This document shows, piece after piece, positions 37,276 to 49,876 of a stretch of 64,000 nucleotides of DNA (position 1 is the stretch's first letter; the number at the start of each line of letters is the position of its first letter). The notes below the pieces were generated by a model. It was not told where the DNA came from. It made no database searches and saw only the letters and a program-made list of their open reading frames with translations. Both the position numbers and the translations under genes were made by a program. The DNA is taken from NCBI GenBank assembly GCA_030390025.1, contig CM059432.1, positions 46,502,001 to 46,566,000 on the forward strand. Reading direction: 5' to 3'. The stretch is from Squalus acanthias. Lineage: Eukaryota.

Positions 37276-39993
37276 ACACCTAAATCTCTCTGAACACCAA
37301 CATTTAATAGTTTCTCACAATTCAAAAAATATTCTGTTTTTCTATTCTTCCTACCAAAGTGAATAACCTCACATTTCTCCAGATTATACTCCATCTGCCA
37401 CCTTATTGCCCATTCACTTAACCTGTCTATATCCCTTTGTAGGCTCTTTGTGTCCTCCTGACAGCTTACTTTCCCACCTAGCTTTGTATCGTCAACAAAC
37501 TTGGATCCATTGCACTCGGTCCCTTCATCTAACTCATTAATATAGATTGTAAATAGCTGAGGCCCAAGCACTGATCCTTGCGGCACTCCACTAGTTACAG
37601 CCTGCCAACCGGAAAATTACCCATTTATCCCTACTCTCTCTTTTCTGTCTGTTAACCAATCCTCTATCCTTGCTAATATATTACCCCCAACCCCATGAGC
37701 CCTAATCTTGCGTAGCAACGTTTATGTGGCACCTTATCGAATGGCTTTTGGAAATCCAAATATATTACATCCACTGGTTCCCCTTTATCTACCCTGCTAG
37801 TTACATCCTCAAAACACTCTAACAAACTTGTTAAACACGATTTCCCTTTCATAAAACCATGTTGACTCTGCCTAATCATATTATGATTTTCTAAGTGCCC
37901 TGTTACCACTTAATTAATAATGACTTCCAGTATTTTCCTGACGACTGATGTCAGGCTAACTGGCCTGTAGTTCCCTGTTTTCTCTCTTCCCTCCTTTCTT
38001 GAATAGCAGGTATACATTTGCTGCCTTCCAATCTGCTGGGACCATTCTAGAATCTAGGGTATTTTGGAAGATCACAACCAATGCATCCACTATGTCTTCA
38101 GCCACCTCTTTTAGAACCCGAGGATTTAGGCCATCAGGTCCAGGGGATTTGTCAGCTTTTAGTCCTATTAGTTTCTCAAGTATTTTTCTCTACTGATATT
38201 AATTACTTTAAGTTCCACACTCTTATTAGCCCCTTGGTTCCCCATTATTTTTGGTATGCTTTTTGTGTCTTCTACTGTGAAGACAGTTACCAAATATTTG
38301 TTTAAAGTCTCTGCCATTTCCTTTATTCCATTATAATTTCTCCTGTCTCAGCCTCTAAGGGACCTTTGCTACTTTTGCTACTCTCTTCCTTTTTACATAC
38401 TTGTAGAAGCTCTGACAATCTGTTTTTATATTTCTTGCTAGTTTACTCTCATATTCTCCCTTTTTATCAATTTTTTGGTCATCCTTTGCTGTTTCTAAAG
38501 CTCTCCCAATCCTCAAGCTTACTAATGTTCTTTGCAACATTATAAGCCTCTTCTTTTAATCTAATACTATGCTTAACTTCTTTAGTTAGCCATAGATGGA
38601 TCACTTTTCACGTGGAGTTTTTATTTCTCAATGGGATGTATATTCGTTGAGAATTTTGGAATATTTCTTTAAATGTTTGCCACTGCTTATCTACCATCAT
38701 ACCGTTAATCTAATTTCCCAATCTACCTTAGCTAACTTGCCCCTCATACCTATGTAATTGGCTTTTTTTAAGTTTAAGACACTTGTTTCTGACTGAAGTA
38801 TTTCACTCTCATAATGTGAAATTTTATCATATTATGATCACTCCTCCCCAGAGGAGCCTTTACTATGAGATTACTAATTAACCGTGTCTCATTACACAAT
38901 ACAAGATCTAAAATAGCCTTTTACCTGGTTGGTTCCATGACATATTGTTCTAAGAAACTGTCTTGAATGCATTCCATGAACTCATTCTCCAGACTACCTT
39001 TGCCATTTTGATTTGCCCAGTCTATATGAAGATTAAAGTCCCCCATGATAATTGTATTACCTTTGTTACAAGTTCCTATTATTTGTTAATTAATACTCTG
39101 TCCAATGGTATAGCTACTTTTTGGGGGCCTATAAACTACTCCCACCAGTTTTTTCTACCCCTTGTTATTTCTTATCTCTACCCATACTGATTCTACTTCC
39201 TGACCTTCCAAGCCAAGATCTTTTCTTACTACTGTCCTTATATCATACTTTATTATCAGGGCTACCCCCCCCCCCCCCCCCCCCACCCACCCTTGCTTGA
39301 CTGAGAACTTCAAGATCTTCTTCACACTTATGTCATATAGAAACATTTACTTCATCAGAGTGATTGCTGAGAATGCTGACTCGCACAGTGAGCCGGGCCA
39401 GACTGACACCTGCTCTCCATCCAGAATGCTTGCCCTTTGCCATGACATGCCCTGTTGGAGCTCCTCGTTTTTGGTTGAGCTTGATTTCTCCTTCTAGCCT
39501 GAAGCAGATAGTCTGTTTGGTCGAGCTGACCATTATGGCAATTCCCCTCTCCATACATATTGCCGGTGTCCCCAAGTTTCTGAAATCCGTGTTTTCACCA
39601 GTTGATATACCATTTTAGCAGATAACCAATAAGCAGTAACCAAGGAAGTAAAGTGCACACGACAATCAAAAACACTCGCACACTGCTTTTCATCTTACCA
39701 TTTTACCAACAAATGCGCAAAAAGGTTAAAAGTACACATGTATATGCCGTGTGAATATGAGTATTGAGATTATATACCCAATGACGGTGGCTATTTTTCA
39801 TTTTTTATTTACATAGTTACATAGGGCTAAACTTAACTCCCAAAAACGGGTGCGTTGATGTCAGGTGAGATGTTAAACCTTTAAAAATCTCAAACACCGC
39901 CCACTTCCAGGTTTAACGGAGGCGGGACAAAGGGCGGGCAGCTAACCCGCCCCCAATTAAATATTTTAATGAGGCTGACAGCCTCTGATTTAA

Positions 39994-41550
39994 CATAGAA
40001 ACATAGAAGATAGGAGCAGGAGTAGGCCATTTGGCCCCTCGAGCCTGCTCCGCCATTCGATGAGATCATGGCTGATCATCCAAACTCAGTACCCTGTACC
40101 TGCCTTCTCCCCATATCCCTTGATACCTTTAGCTTTAAGAAATATATCTAACTCATTCTTGAATATATTTAATGACTTGGCCTCAACTACCTTCTGTGGT
40201 AGAGAATTCCACAGGTTCACCACCCTCTGGGTGAAGAAATTCTTCCTCATTTCTGTCCTAAATGGCTTACCCCTTATCCTTAGATTATGACCCCTGGTTC
40301 TGGACTCTCCGACCATTGGGAACATTCTTCCTGCATCTAGTTTGTCCAGACCTGTCAGAATTTTATATGTTTCGATGAGATCCCCTCTCATTCTTCTATA
40401 CTCCAGCGAGTATAAGCCCAATCGACCCAATCTCTCCTCATATGTCATTCCTGCCATCCCAGGTATCAGCCTTGTGAATCTTCGCTGAACTCCTTCCACG
40501 GCAAGAATATCCTTCCTCAGATAAGGTGACCAAAACTGCACACAGTACTCAAGGTGTGGTCTCACCAAGGCCCTGTACAACTGCAGCAGGACATCCCTGT
40601 TCCTATACTCAAACCCTTTCGCTATGAAGGCCAACATACCATTTGCCTTCTTCAGCGCCTGCTGCACCTGCATGCTTACCTTCAGCGACTGGTGCACAAG
40701 GACACCCAGGTCTCGTTGCACTTCCCCTTCTCCCAATTTATTGCCATTCAGATAATAGTCTGCCTTTCTATTTTTGACACCAAAGTGGATAACCTCGCAT
40801 TTATCCACGTTATATTGCATATGCCACGCTTCTGCCCACTCACCCAACCTGTCCAAATCATCCTGGAGTTTCTCAGTATCGTCCTCGGAGCACACACGCC
40901 CACCCAGCTTTGTGTCATCTGCAAACTTGGAGATATTACATTTAGTTCCCTTATCCAGATCATTAATGTATATTGTGAATAGCTGGGGTCCAAGGACCGA
41001 TCCCTGTGGTACCCCACTAGTCACTGCCTGCCACTCGGAAAAAGACCCATTAATTCCTACTCTCTGCTTTCTGTCCGCCAACCAGTTCTCTATTCAAGTC
41101 AATACCTTGCCCCCAATCCCATGTGCCTTAACTTTACACGCTAATCTCTTATGCGGGACCTTATCGAAAGCCTTTTGAAAGTCCAAATACATCACATCTA
41201 CTTGTTCTCCCTTATCTATTTTCCCAGTTACATCCTCAAAAAATTCCAGTAGATTAGTCAAGCACGATTTACCTTTTGTAAATCCATGTTGACTTTGTCC
41301 GATCCTGTCACTGTTTTTCAAGTGCTCAGCTATTACATCCTTTATAATGGACTCTAGCATTTTCCCCACTACCGATGTCTGTAATTCCCCGCTTTCTCTC
41401 TACCACCCTTTTTGAATAGTGGGGTAACATTAGCTACCCTCCAATCCATGGGTACAGTTCCAGATTCCATCAAATGTTGGAAGATGATCAGCAATGCATC
41501 TACTATTTCTAGGGCCACTTCCTTAAGTATCCTAGGATGTAGATTATCAG
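39994..41550 (-). mobile_element. Young 5'-truncated CR1 with an uninterrupted 331-aa RT/C-terminal ORF (41081-40086)
   Basis: Open frame with SGVPQGSVLGP, KFADDTKL and LVRPHLEYCVQFWSP; (TTTCTATG)n tail; splits a DNA element. Confidence 0.92.
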
Positions 41551-41820
41551 GCTTTGCAGGTTTATCCCTGGCTGGCCGGGTTCCCCTGGCCTTGGGAAAC
41601 CCGGCAGCTGAAGAGAGGCGAGAACAGCTTCGGGGAGAAGGCAAGTGCTTCCGCCCCCAGACCCTCAAGCTCCTCACCCCCAACAGACCCACCCTCCCCA
41701 TACAGCCTCCTCTGCAACCCCGGGTTGAGGGTATAACCTATCAAACCTTTCATAATCTTAAAGACCGCTATCAGATCATCCCTCAGCCTTCTATTTTCTA
41801 TTCTATTTACCAATCATAAA

Positions 41821-42186
41821 TGTAATTAGCCGCATTTGGATTCGCAATTCGCCACATGTGGCTAGTGACTAAAGTATTGGACAACACTGCCATAGACCGA
41901 GCCTGATGAAGAATATTGCAACCCATGTTAATTGTATTCAGGTGGTGTATATCAATTGGATGCTAATTGTATTCAGGTGGTGTATATCAATTGGATGTTA
42001 ATTGTATTCAGGTGGTGGGTATTAATTGGGGACTCTTGTGTTCATATATATGGGAGCAGGAGGACGGGAGCTTATCTTGGGGGTGCATGGTATGTAATGT
42101 GTGTCTCTGTAAATAAAGGTTTGTAAGCGACTGAATACTAGGCTCTAGTATTCTATCCTTCACCACCTGACTATCTGACTTTTACA
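41821..42186 (+). mobile_element. Possible solo LTR
   Basis: TGTAA...TTACA termini, TATA-like tract near 42044, AATAAA near 42112, internal 35-bp tandem repeat; no TSD seen. Confidence 0.45.
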
Positions 42187-43227
42187 ACCCACTCACCAAG
42201 TTTTAATATGTAACTATTCAATGTTCTGTGGGTGTTGTTCACAGGGAGTCAAGATCAAGTGTAGTTGGCAGGCAGGGGGATAAGTGGCCCAGGGCTGAGT
42301 GACAACTGCAATGGTGGAGGACAGAGGGGGAAGGTGGAGAAGGAAGGTAATGTAGATTTAGAGGTTGGAGGGGAAGAAGGTAGCAGAGGATTAGAGGCTA
42401 TGGAGGGGGGTGAGGTAGAACAGGGTTAGAATTTGGGGGAAAGAGGATGGTAAAGTAGGGCTAGAGGCTGAGGTGGGGAGGGGAAAGGTAGGGCAGGATT
42501 TGAGGCTTGGGAGGGAAGGCAGTGGAAGGTTGGAAGCTGGGGAGGAAGGGAAAAGATAGAGCGGGGTTAGCATTACAATGCTACAAGACACTGGTCAGAA
42601 CCAAAACTGGGAATAATTTGTGTGATATTTTCCCTGCATTGACATAATGAAGTTTTGATCCAGTGACAAGATGAACGGAGACAGTGGACAGGGGTTCTGA
42701 TACCACTAAATTTACTATCAGATATATATAGGTTCCTTTAACATTCATTTTATAAAGCTTATCTAAATAGGCATTCATCCTACAAAAAAATGCTACATAG
42801 GAAAATCAGAAATAATTTACTTTTTTCCCATTTGGAACTCTTTTTATACATACATTCAACATATGTGCAGAAGTGAATTATCAGCTAAATGATTAGAATT
42901 TTACAAAATGAATAAGTATCAGGAATTAGGAACATCCAATAGTCATAAGCACTGGTAAGAACAGCTTCTGGTTTTACTGATTATCTCTAAATTTAGCTAA
43001 GTTTTGGGGTCCAATTTTTTTCCGCCAATGTTCTCCCATTTTTAGTCTAGAAATAAAACCTGAATAAAATCCCCCCAAAAAAACTTGGGTTGTTAAATTG
43101 GCAATGAAACTGACATTACTGACTCTTTAAATATTTATTCATAAAACCTTTGTTGAATGTTTTGTTAATTTATACTTGGAAAGAAAGAAATTTATACTTA
43201 GAAAGAATAACAACTCAAAGCAAGGTA

Positions 43228-43652
43228 CAGGAAACTTTCGTTTATCCGGCACCCAAATATCCAGAATTCTCGCTTAACCGGCAAAAATCATCCTCCGAAA
43301 ACGCCTCTCAAATAACCGGCAATGTTGCCGAGTCGCAGTCGAGTCTCTGCGAACGCCGAGTGCTCCGAAAAATCCTCTCAAATAACCGGCAATGTTGCCG
43401 ATCCCGAGTCCGAGTCAGAGTCCGCGAACGCCGATTTAGTCAGTAGGGGTACTTTTCAAAAGTGCCACTATTCGGCCTCCTGGCGCTGTTGCAAGTCCGA
43501 AACATTGCAGTAGCATGAGTAGATTCTCCCGTGCTGCTTGGAGTCTCTTTGTTAAAAATAGCCTCGGTAGATATAACTCTCTGTTATCCGGTACTTTCGA
43601 TAAACCGGCACCACGCCGGTCCCGTCGATGCCGGATAAACGAAAGTTTCCTG
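43228..43652. mobile_element. Tc1/mariner-pogo (Tigger-like) MITE
   Basis: Perfect 24-bp TIR CAGGAAACTTTCGTTTATCCGGCA; TA TSD on both sides; internal direct duplication. Confidence 0.9.
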
Positions 43653-46600
43653 TACTACACAATGTCTTATCCTTATTATTGTTAGGGATGTTAGAGCACT
43701 GTAATCTGTGCTAGGACTGTATGTATATCCCAGAGCCTGTAGATGGTTAACAAGGGCTGGGACTCCCATCATTTAATTTCCCACTAATAGACTTACTGCA
43801 CATCTGCAAAGTTTCAACACAACATCTCATGGCAACATGCCTCCAAGTGATTAATATTCATCATATAATAATGAAGGAAGTAGTACATTGTCCACAAAAA
43901 CCTAACATATGTATATTTTGAAACATCATCATAAATCACTATTGCTACGAAAATTGCAGGAAGCAGCACTGAAAAGAGCCTGAAGTCAGCAATTATTTCC
44001 TCCTTTCAGGAATTTGCATTTACGTAGATTGACTACTTGTATTTTCCTTGATGAGATCTGCTGTTGAAAGGGTTTACCCTTTTGAGGCAGCATCCTTTCC
44101 ATAACGAGGCTTCCTCAATGAGACTGAAAGTTGTTTGCTACACCCATCAGTCATCCAATTTAATGACCATTAGGCTGCAGATAGGTTGACACACAGACCA
44201 TTTGCCATAATGTTCATACATCAATAAAGAGGCTCAGAAGTACAGCCTGTTACTAAATTACAGGTTAGTTTATTATGAAATTTTTGTCTTGTCTGTTAGG
44301 TGAAATAGAAAACCACTTTAAGCTATTAATCAGCTGTTGGAAAGATGCTCTGGACTGTAGGAGAGAATTGAAAAATATTGCAGCTCTTCCTCCTCTAAAA
44401 GGAAACCAGTGCTCTCCCAGTATAACAAATCTGCTGGAATGAGCATGAGAAAAATCAGGTAGAATGACAGGAAATTCCTTGCGGAACTGCTAACCATGAG
44501 CAGTCAGACATTCAACTCCTGCTGATGCCGGAAAAAAATAGTGAAGAGCTCAGCGACTCGGAAACCCTCTTACAGCTGAGACTGCTGCAGTCCACCGAGG
44601 CCTTTTGTGAGTTGTAGTGAAGCTGTGAGTCAGTGGTCGAGTTGTTCCAACAGTGAGTGGCATTGGAGACTGGGTGGTCTGTAAACAGCTACCCCAAACT
44701 GAGAACCATTCCAGCAATAAAAGTACAGGAATCGTTTCAGCTAAAATGCTTCAGGCAATGAAGCAACCTCTTAAAAAAAAATGGAGCCATTGCAAAGCTT
44801 CATTAAGCTGCAGAATCCGAGTTTACTAGCCATTCACACATATATATATGTAAAAAAAAAGCAATTATAATCCACAAGTTCAGTTTTTCCGGAGGGTTCT
44901 TCAGTTCTACAGCATTTTCAGATTGCTATGACAGGAATTTGTTTTTAGCTTAGTAATATATATTTCCCCCCCCAATTGATCCTCATCTCAGTATTTATAG
45001 CTGCAGGACTGACTTGTTGGTTCAGCATATTTTAAAAAGATTTTTTCTCATACCTCTGCCTTGCCAGCAGAATGAGGGACTCATGTAACACTCAATGATA
45101 ATCCTGGTCTGGCCATTTCTAGCAGCTGAAATAAATTTCCCTCAAAACCTCCATATTGTTTTCCTTTCTTACAATCAGAAACCTAATAAGCCTTGACCAA
45201 CATGGCAAATAATCTGACTAGTGACCTTTGACAAATTTCAGGATATGGGCTTGTGTCTGACAATATCATTTGCCAGGTTTCTGACATGTATTGATGAAGA
45301 TGGAAATAATATTTTTAGGCTCTAATGATAAGATAAATCTGCCAGCAGTTGTGAGAATGAGCAGCTTTATGTGACTTCACAAACATGGAAAACTGAATGC
45401 ACCTCCTTGGTAAGCACAATTAAATCCCGATGCTCGGTAGCACAGAGGACTGGAAACAGCAATTCTCCACACAGCAGGATCTCATACTGGTCCGGCCTCT
45501 GCCATCAGAGTGAGTCTATCAGACTGTGAACATAGGCAGCGTGTTTCCCAATGGGAAAGGAGAACAAATTAGCTGTTGAGTTACCTTGGACTTCTCTCAC
45601 ACATCCCTTAGCTGCCGCTCAAGAGCTGCACGTGCAAGCATAAATCACAAAGTGGTTGCAATTCCCTATGGCGTACCTGCACATTTTACCCAGCGCAATT
45701 TGCTCTGGCAGTGCATGGAGAAAACTTTCCTGGGTCTTCCACTGTTCCCTCATTTAAATGCAGTTGGTGCAATCCTAGCACGATTTGCATCATCCGCTGG
45801 GAGCACAGAGGTCCAGATGTCTTGAGCAGGAACAGAAATGGCTGGTGCAGCATCTTAAAGAGGTACCTGCACTTCCTGTTGATGGCAGGGTTTGAAACTG
45901 GGCATTTTCTGCTTTGTTTTGTGCTGAGATGAGGAAGAAGACGAATGCCCAGGACCAAGCAAAAAAACCTATGTCAGGAAAAGTGTTTTGAATGGTAGGA
46001 TCTATCAATAAAGTTCAAATCAAATGGCAACAAATAAAACATCCAATCAATGGTGCAATGCCAAGCCACAAAAGCAGAAAAGAAACAGGATTAATCTCAT
46101 TGAAAGGCCAGTTGGGACAGTTTTAAGACTACTTCTGGTTGTTATACTTCAAGTTTGAAAGACACACAGTGTTGGCCTTGGTCCAAGGGTGCAGCGCATC
46201 AGAATTCCCATGGTAGCAAGGACACATCCCCAGCACACCCCAAATGAATGCTGTAATGAGGCTTACACCATGGAGCAATCCAAAGCACCTATGGACCCAA
46301 CACATGCCCATCAGAAAACCCAGGGTGCACAGAAGTGGAATTTTAGACCCAAAATATGAGATTCAGATGAAGGCGGCACTTTTGCCCATTTTATCACATT
46401 CTTCCAATATACCAACCCATTGGCCTGAGTACAATCCATTAATCCTGGACTCCTGTGTACAGGTCTCCTGCCTGCCATCCCAGCAGGGGAAGGGCACATG
46501 GAAGGTCATAGAAAAAACTATGATTTGACAAGATGGTCCATTTATAGCTATAGTGAAAAAAATATTTCTATGCATCACGACAGTTTACAGATCATCCCAC

Positions 46601-46835
46601 TGAAAGATTTGGTTCACGGAATGATAACATTTTTTCAGCTTTGTCTATATCTATAAAATTTGTCGCAATGAAATACCTTAGTTTCATATGGTCCGCCATA
46701 CCTATTACAGGTGATGCTCTATTGTAATTTTGAAATTCTGAGCCTTGCTTTAGAAAACTTGAGGAAAACTACACAATGTCGATAACAACAAATGGTAAAA
46801 TATCAATAACACGATAACACCCACTGAGAGCTGTT

Positions 46836-47420
46836 CAACAATAACAACAACAACTTGTATTTATATAGCACCTTTAATGTAGTAAAACGTCCCAAAACGC
46901 TTCACAGGAGCATTATCTAGCAAAATTTGACACCAAGCCACATAAGCGCATACTAGGGCAAACTTGGTCAAACAGCTAGGTTTTAAGGAGCGCCTTAAAG
47001 GAGAAAAGAGAGGTAGAGAAGTGGAGAAGTTTAGGGAGGGAATTCCAGAGTTTAGGGCCTTGGCAGCTGAACGCACAGCCGCCAATGGTAGAGCCATTAT
47101 AATCAGGGATGCTCAAGATGCCAGAATTGGAGGAGCACTTATATGTCGGAGGGTTGTAAGGCTGGAAGAGATTACAGATATAGGGAGGGGTGAGGCAGGG
47201 AAGGATTTGAAAACAGGATGAGAATTTTAAAATCAAGACGTTGCTTAACCGGGAGCCAGTGTAGGTCAGCGAGCACAGGGGTGATGGATGAAGGGGACTT
47301 GCTGCGTTCTAGGATACAGAAAGCAGAGCTTTGGATGACCTCAAGTTTATGGAGGGTAAAACGTGGGAGGCGGCCAGGAGTGCGTTAGATAAGTAAAGTC
47401 TAGAGATAAAAAAGGCATGT
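46836..47420 (-). mobile_element. L2 LINE 3' end
   Basis: GCAFSCQGPKLWNSLP..FKALLKT; (GTT)n tail; homologous to 31510-31960. Confidence 0.8.
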
Positions 47421-47441
47421 CTTCAGTATATAACAACATTG

Positions 47442-47649
47442 AGAAGTCGCACAACACCAGGTTATAGTCCAACAGTTTTATTTAAAATTACGAGCTTTCG
47501 GAGCTGCTGCTCCTTCGTCAGGTAATCTACCTGACGAAGGAGCGGAGCTCCGAAAGCTCGTAATTTTAAATAAAACTGTTGGACTATAACCTGGTGTTGT
47601 GCGACTTCCCATTTTTGTCCACCCCAGTCCAACACCGGCACCTCTGCAT
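47442..47649. mobile_element. Penelope-like inverted terminal remnant with hammerhead-like cores
   Basis: ~80-bp near-perfect inverted arms 47443-47608; CTGACGA-stem-GAAA core; 13-bp TSD TATAACAACATTG. Confidence 0.75.
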
Positions 47650-48229
47650 TATAACAACATTGTTTGAGGCCATCTGAATCCTAATCCCATTACAGTTACT
47701 TTAAATACAATAGAACATAAAGGATCAAAGATCCAATTATCTGTTTCCCCAATTATTTATCAAATTGTGGGGAAAAACCTTGTGCAAGACAATGCCGCAT
47801 TGCACATCTCATGATCAACAATCTCCTCCGGTCTGATATGTATCAGCTACACAACTGAAGACTTAATTCATTTTCTGCATATTTGCACTTGACTTGTCTT
47901 TATTCCAGTCTAAAAGTGTTTCTGTACCATACATGCAATACAAAAATGTAGACACTCGATTATACACAAGTGTCTGTTGCTCACCCTTCTATTATAGTAA
48001 CAATGACAGTTCAGAAAATGCTGCAATGAAGGAAGTGCAGGTCTAACCTGTGCTTTTGGAGCTTCAACTGGAGGCGAGTTATCATCATTGTGAATATATC
48101 TTGCAAACAGCAAAATGACGACTGTCTCTTTTAACAAGACACAATTATACCTAGGAGACAGGCATTTTTTAGCTTAATAATTTACTCAATAGAACTAAAC
48201 TAAGAATGTTACAAATCATTTTCTTGTAG

Positions 48230-48380
48230 GGAGTAAGTACTGGGTCTTTAAAGAAGCTACGCTGGAGTTAGGATATCCTCAGAATGTGGTGGAGCTAGGA
48301 AGTGGAGTACCTTCTCAGGGTATTGACACAGCAGTGTGGTGGGAAGACGTTGGTAAAACCTACTTCTTCAAAGGAGACAG
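48230..48380 (+). CDS. MMP16: MMP16 internal coding exon (probable exon 8)
   Basis: ttcttgtAG|GG acceptor and ACAG|GTtagt donor; 151 bp; phase-compatible with the previous exon; (G)SKYWVFKEATLELGYPQNVVELGSGVPSQGIDTAVWWEDVGKTYFFKGD(R). Not in the ORF track. Confidence 0.95.
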
Positions 48381-49876
48381 GTTAGTGCCTCTGCCTGTGG
48401 AATGTGCATGATAAATCAAAGTGATTAATGTGCTTTTAAGTGTTGGTCTGGATGGCTTGTGATGTATGTGAGCAGCCTTTAACTGGAGAGTGAAGATGAA
48501 AGTCCTGCTTACACAGAACTTTTTCCACACAAATTCATCATGCAAATAAGGGTTAACATGTTTATACAATGGTACACAAACAATCTATTGTCCCTTAGGA
48601 TTAAATCTAATGAACTCATCATTCAGTGCACAGACTTAACCTCTGGTAGAAGCTAATTCCTCTTGGGATTTGCGCTGTACAAGTGCGGCAGTGGCTTTAA
48701 GTATTGCGTGTGTTTGCCAAACTTTATCCTGTCAAGCTCTTATGTAATGTTACGAAACACCAGAGAATTCTCAAGCACATCACAGATCCACATTAGTCAT
48801 TCCCATTGTTGTTTGACTCTGGCCTTACAACATAAAAATTTTGTATCTTCCTGTTGCCAGTGTTAAATATTTTATTTGACACATCCCCTGCTTATTTTGA
48901 GAATGTTGAACCCAGTTTACATTTATGCAGCTCATTCTAGTGCAGCCCTGGTATAAATTTACCTCGATTAATTTTTATAATGTAAATCCCTCACCTTGGT
49001 AATTGTCCAACTGGCACCAACTGCCACCTCTTTGCCTGTAGGCTTCATAACTAGCATTGGCATAATGTAAATATGGTAATTGTGTGCCTCCTGAGTCTGC
49101 CATTGATCTGCGAGATTTTGTCTGGGTAAACGCGGATGTCAGTGCGATGATGTGGTATATATCAACTGTCATTCTGCCAGATGCCTCTGCAGGTAGGCTA
49201 TTTGAAGCTGAAGTTATCATTGGTGCAAATGTAATTCAATACTCCCGCGAAGTTCAATGGGGGTGAAATTCAACTTCAGCGGCGGCACAAAATGGGCAGT
49301 TGCAAATCAGTCGCCTATTTATACACCCCGCCCGATTTTCTTTTCCATTGACATTATGGTGACGTTATGCAGGGTGTCTAACAGGCAGCCGATTCACCAT
49401 TGCCCATTTCGTGCCCCTAACCAAGTTGAATTTCACCCAAAATAACTATATAAAGATAATTATAGAATGGTGTTAAGGCACAATACAGCTAGATTAAAAA
49501 TCCATTGTGTAACTCCATTGATAGCTCAGTGGGTTTATCCAGTAAACAGTCGAACTATGCAAACTAGAGAAGATCCCATGTTTGGTTCTTAGTCTGTGCT
49601 GCATTGGTTGATCTCAATCAGAGCTATAATAGAGGTGCTACAATTAGCCTCAACACTCCCTTGATAGCATGCAGGTTTACTTAATTTATATGATTATTAG
49701 TGCCCCACACCAATTTGGAGACACTAGCTTCTGCTGGTGAAACTGCCTTGCAGTGTTAACAGAAGAATAATGGAATTGGCAATAAAAAAATTGTAACTGT
49801 TGCTAGGCTGGCACCTCCTGGCAATCCTTCAAGCAGTTATATTTTGATCAACCTGAAATAATTTTTGTGACCCAGG

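Larger units (their letters stand above)
33240..39265 (-). mobile_element. Long CR1 ORF2 (endonuclease to C-terminus) split by a nested insertion at 33763-37275
   Basis: GGVALII..VESVWVEIRN endonuclease segment near 39200; RT motifs at 37300-37980; C-terminal segment at 33260-33760; many disablements. Confidence 0.85.

Noticed and set aside
40086..41081. Functional host gene
   Set aside because: C-terminal half of a 5'-truncated CR1 ORF2.
45580..46580. Cluster of short ORFs, possibly an ancient transposase
   Set aside because: No motif I could assign with confidence; would need BLASTX.
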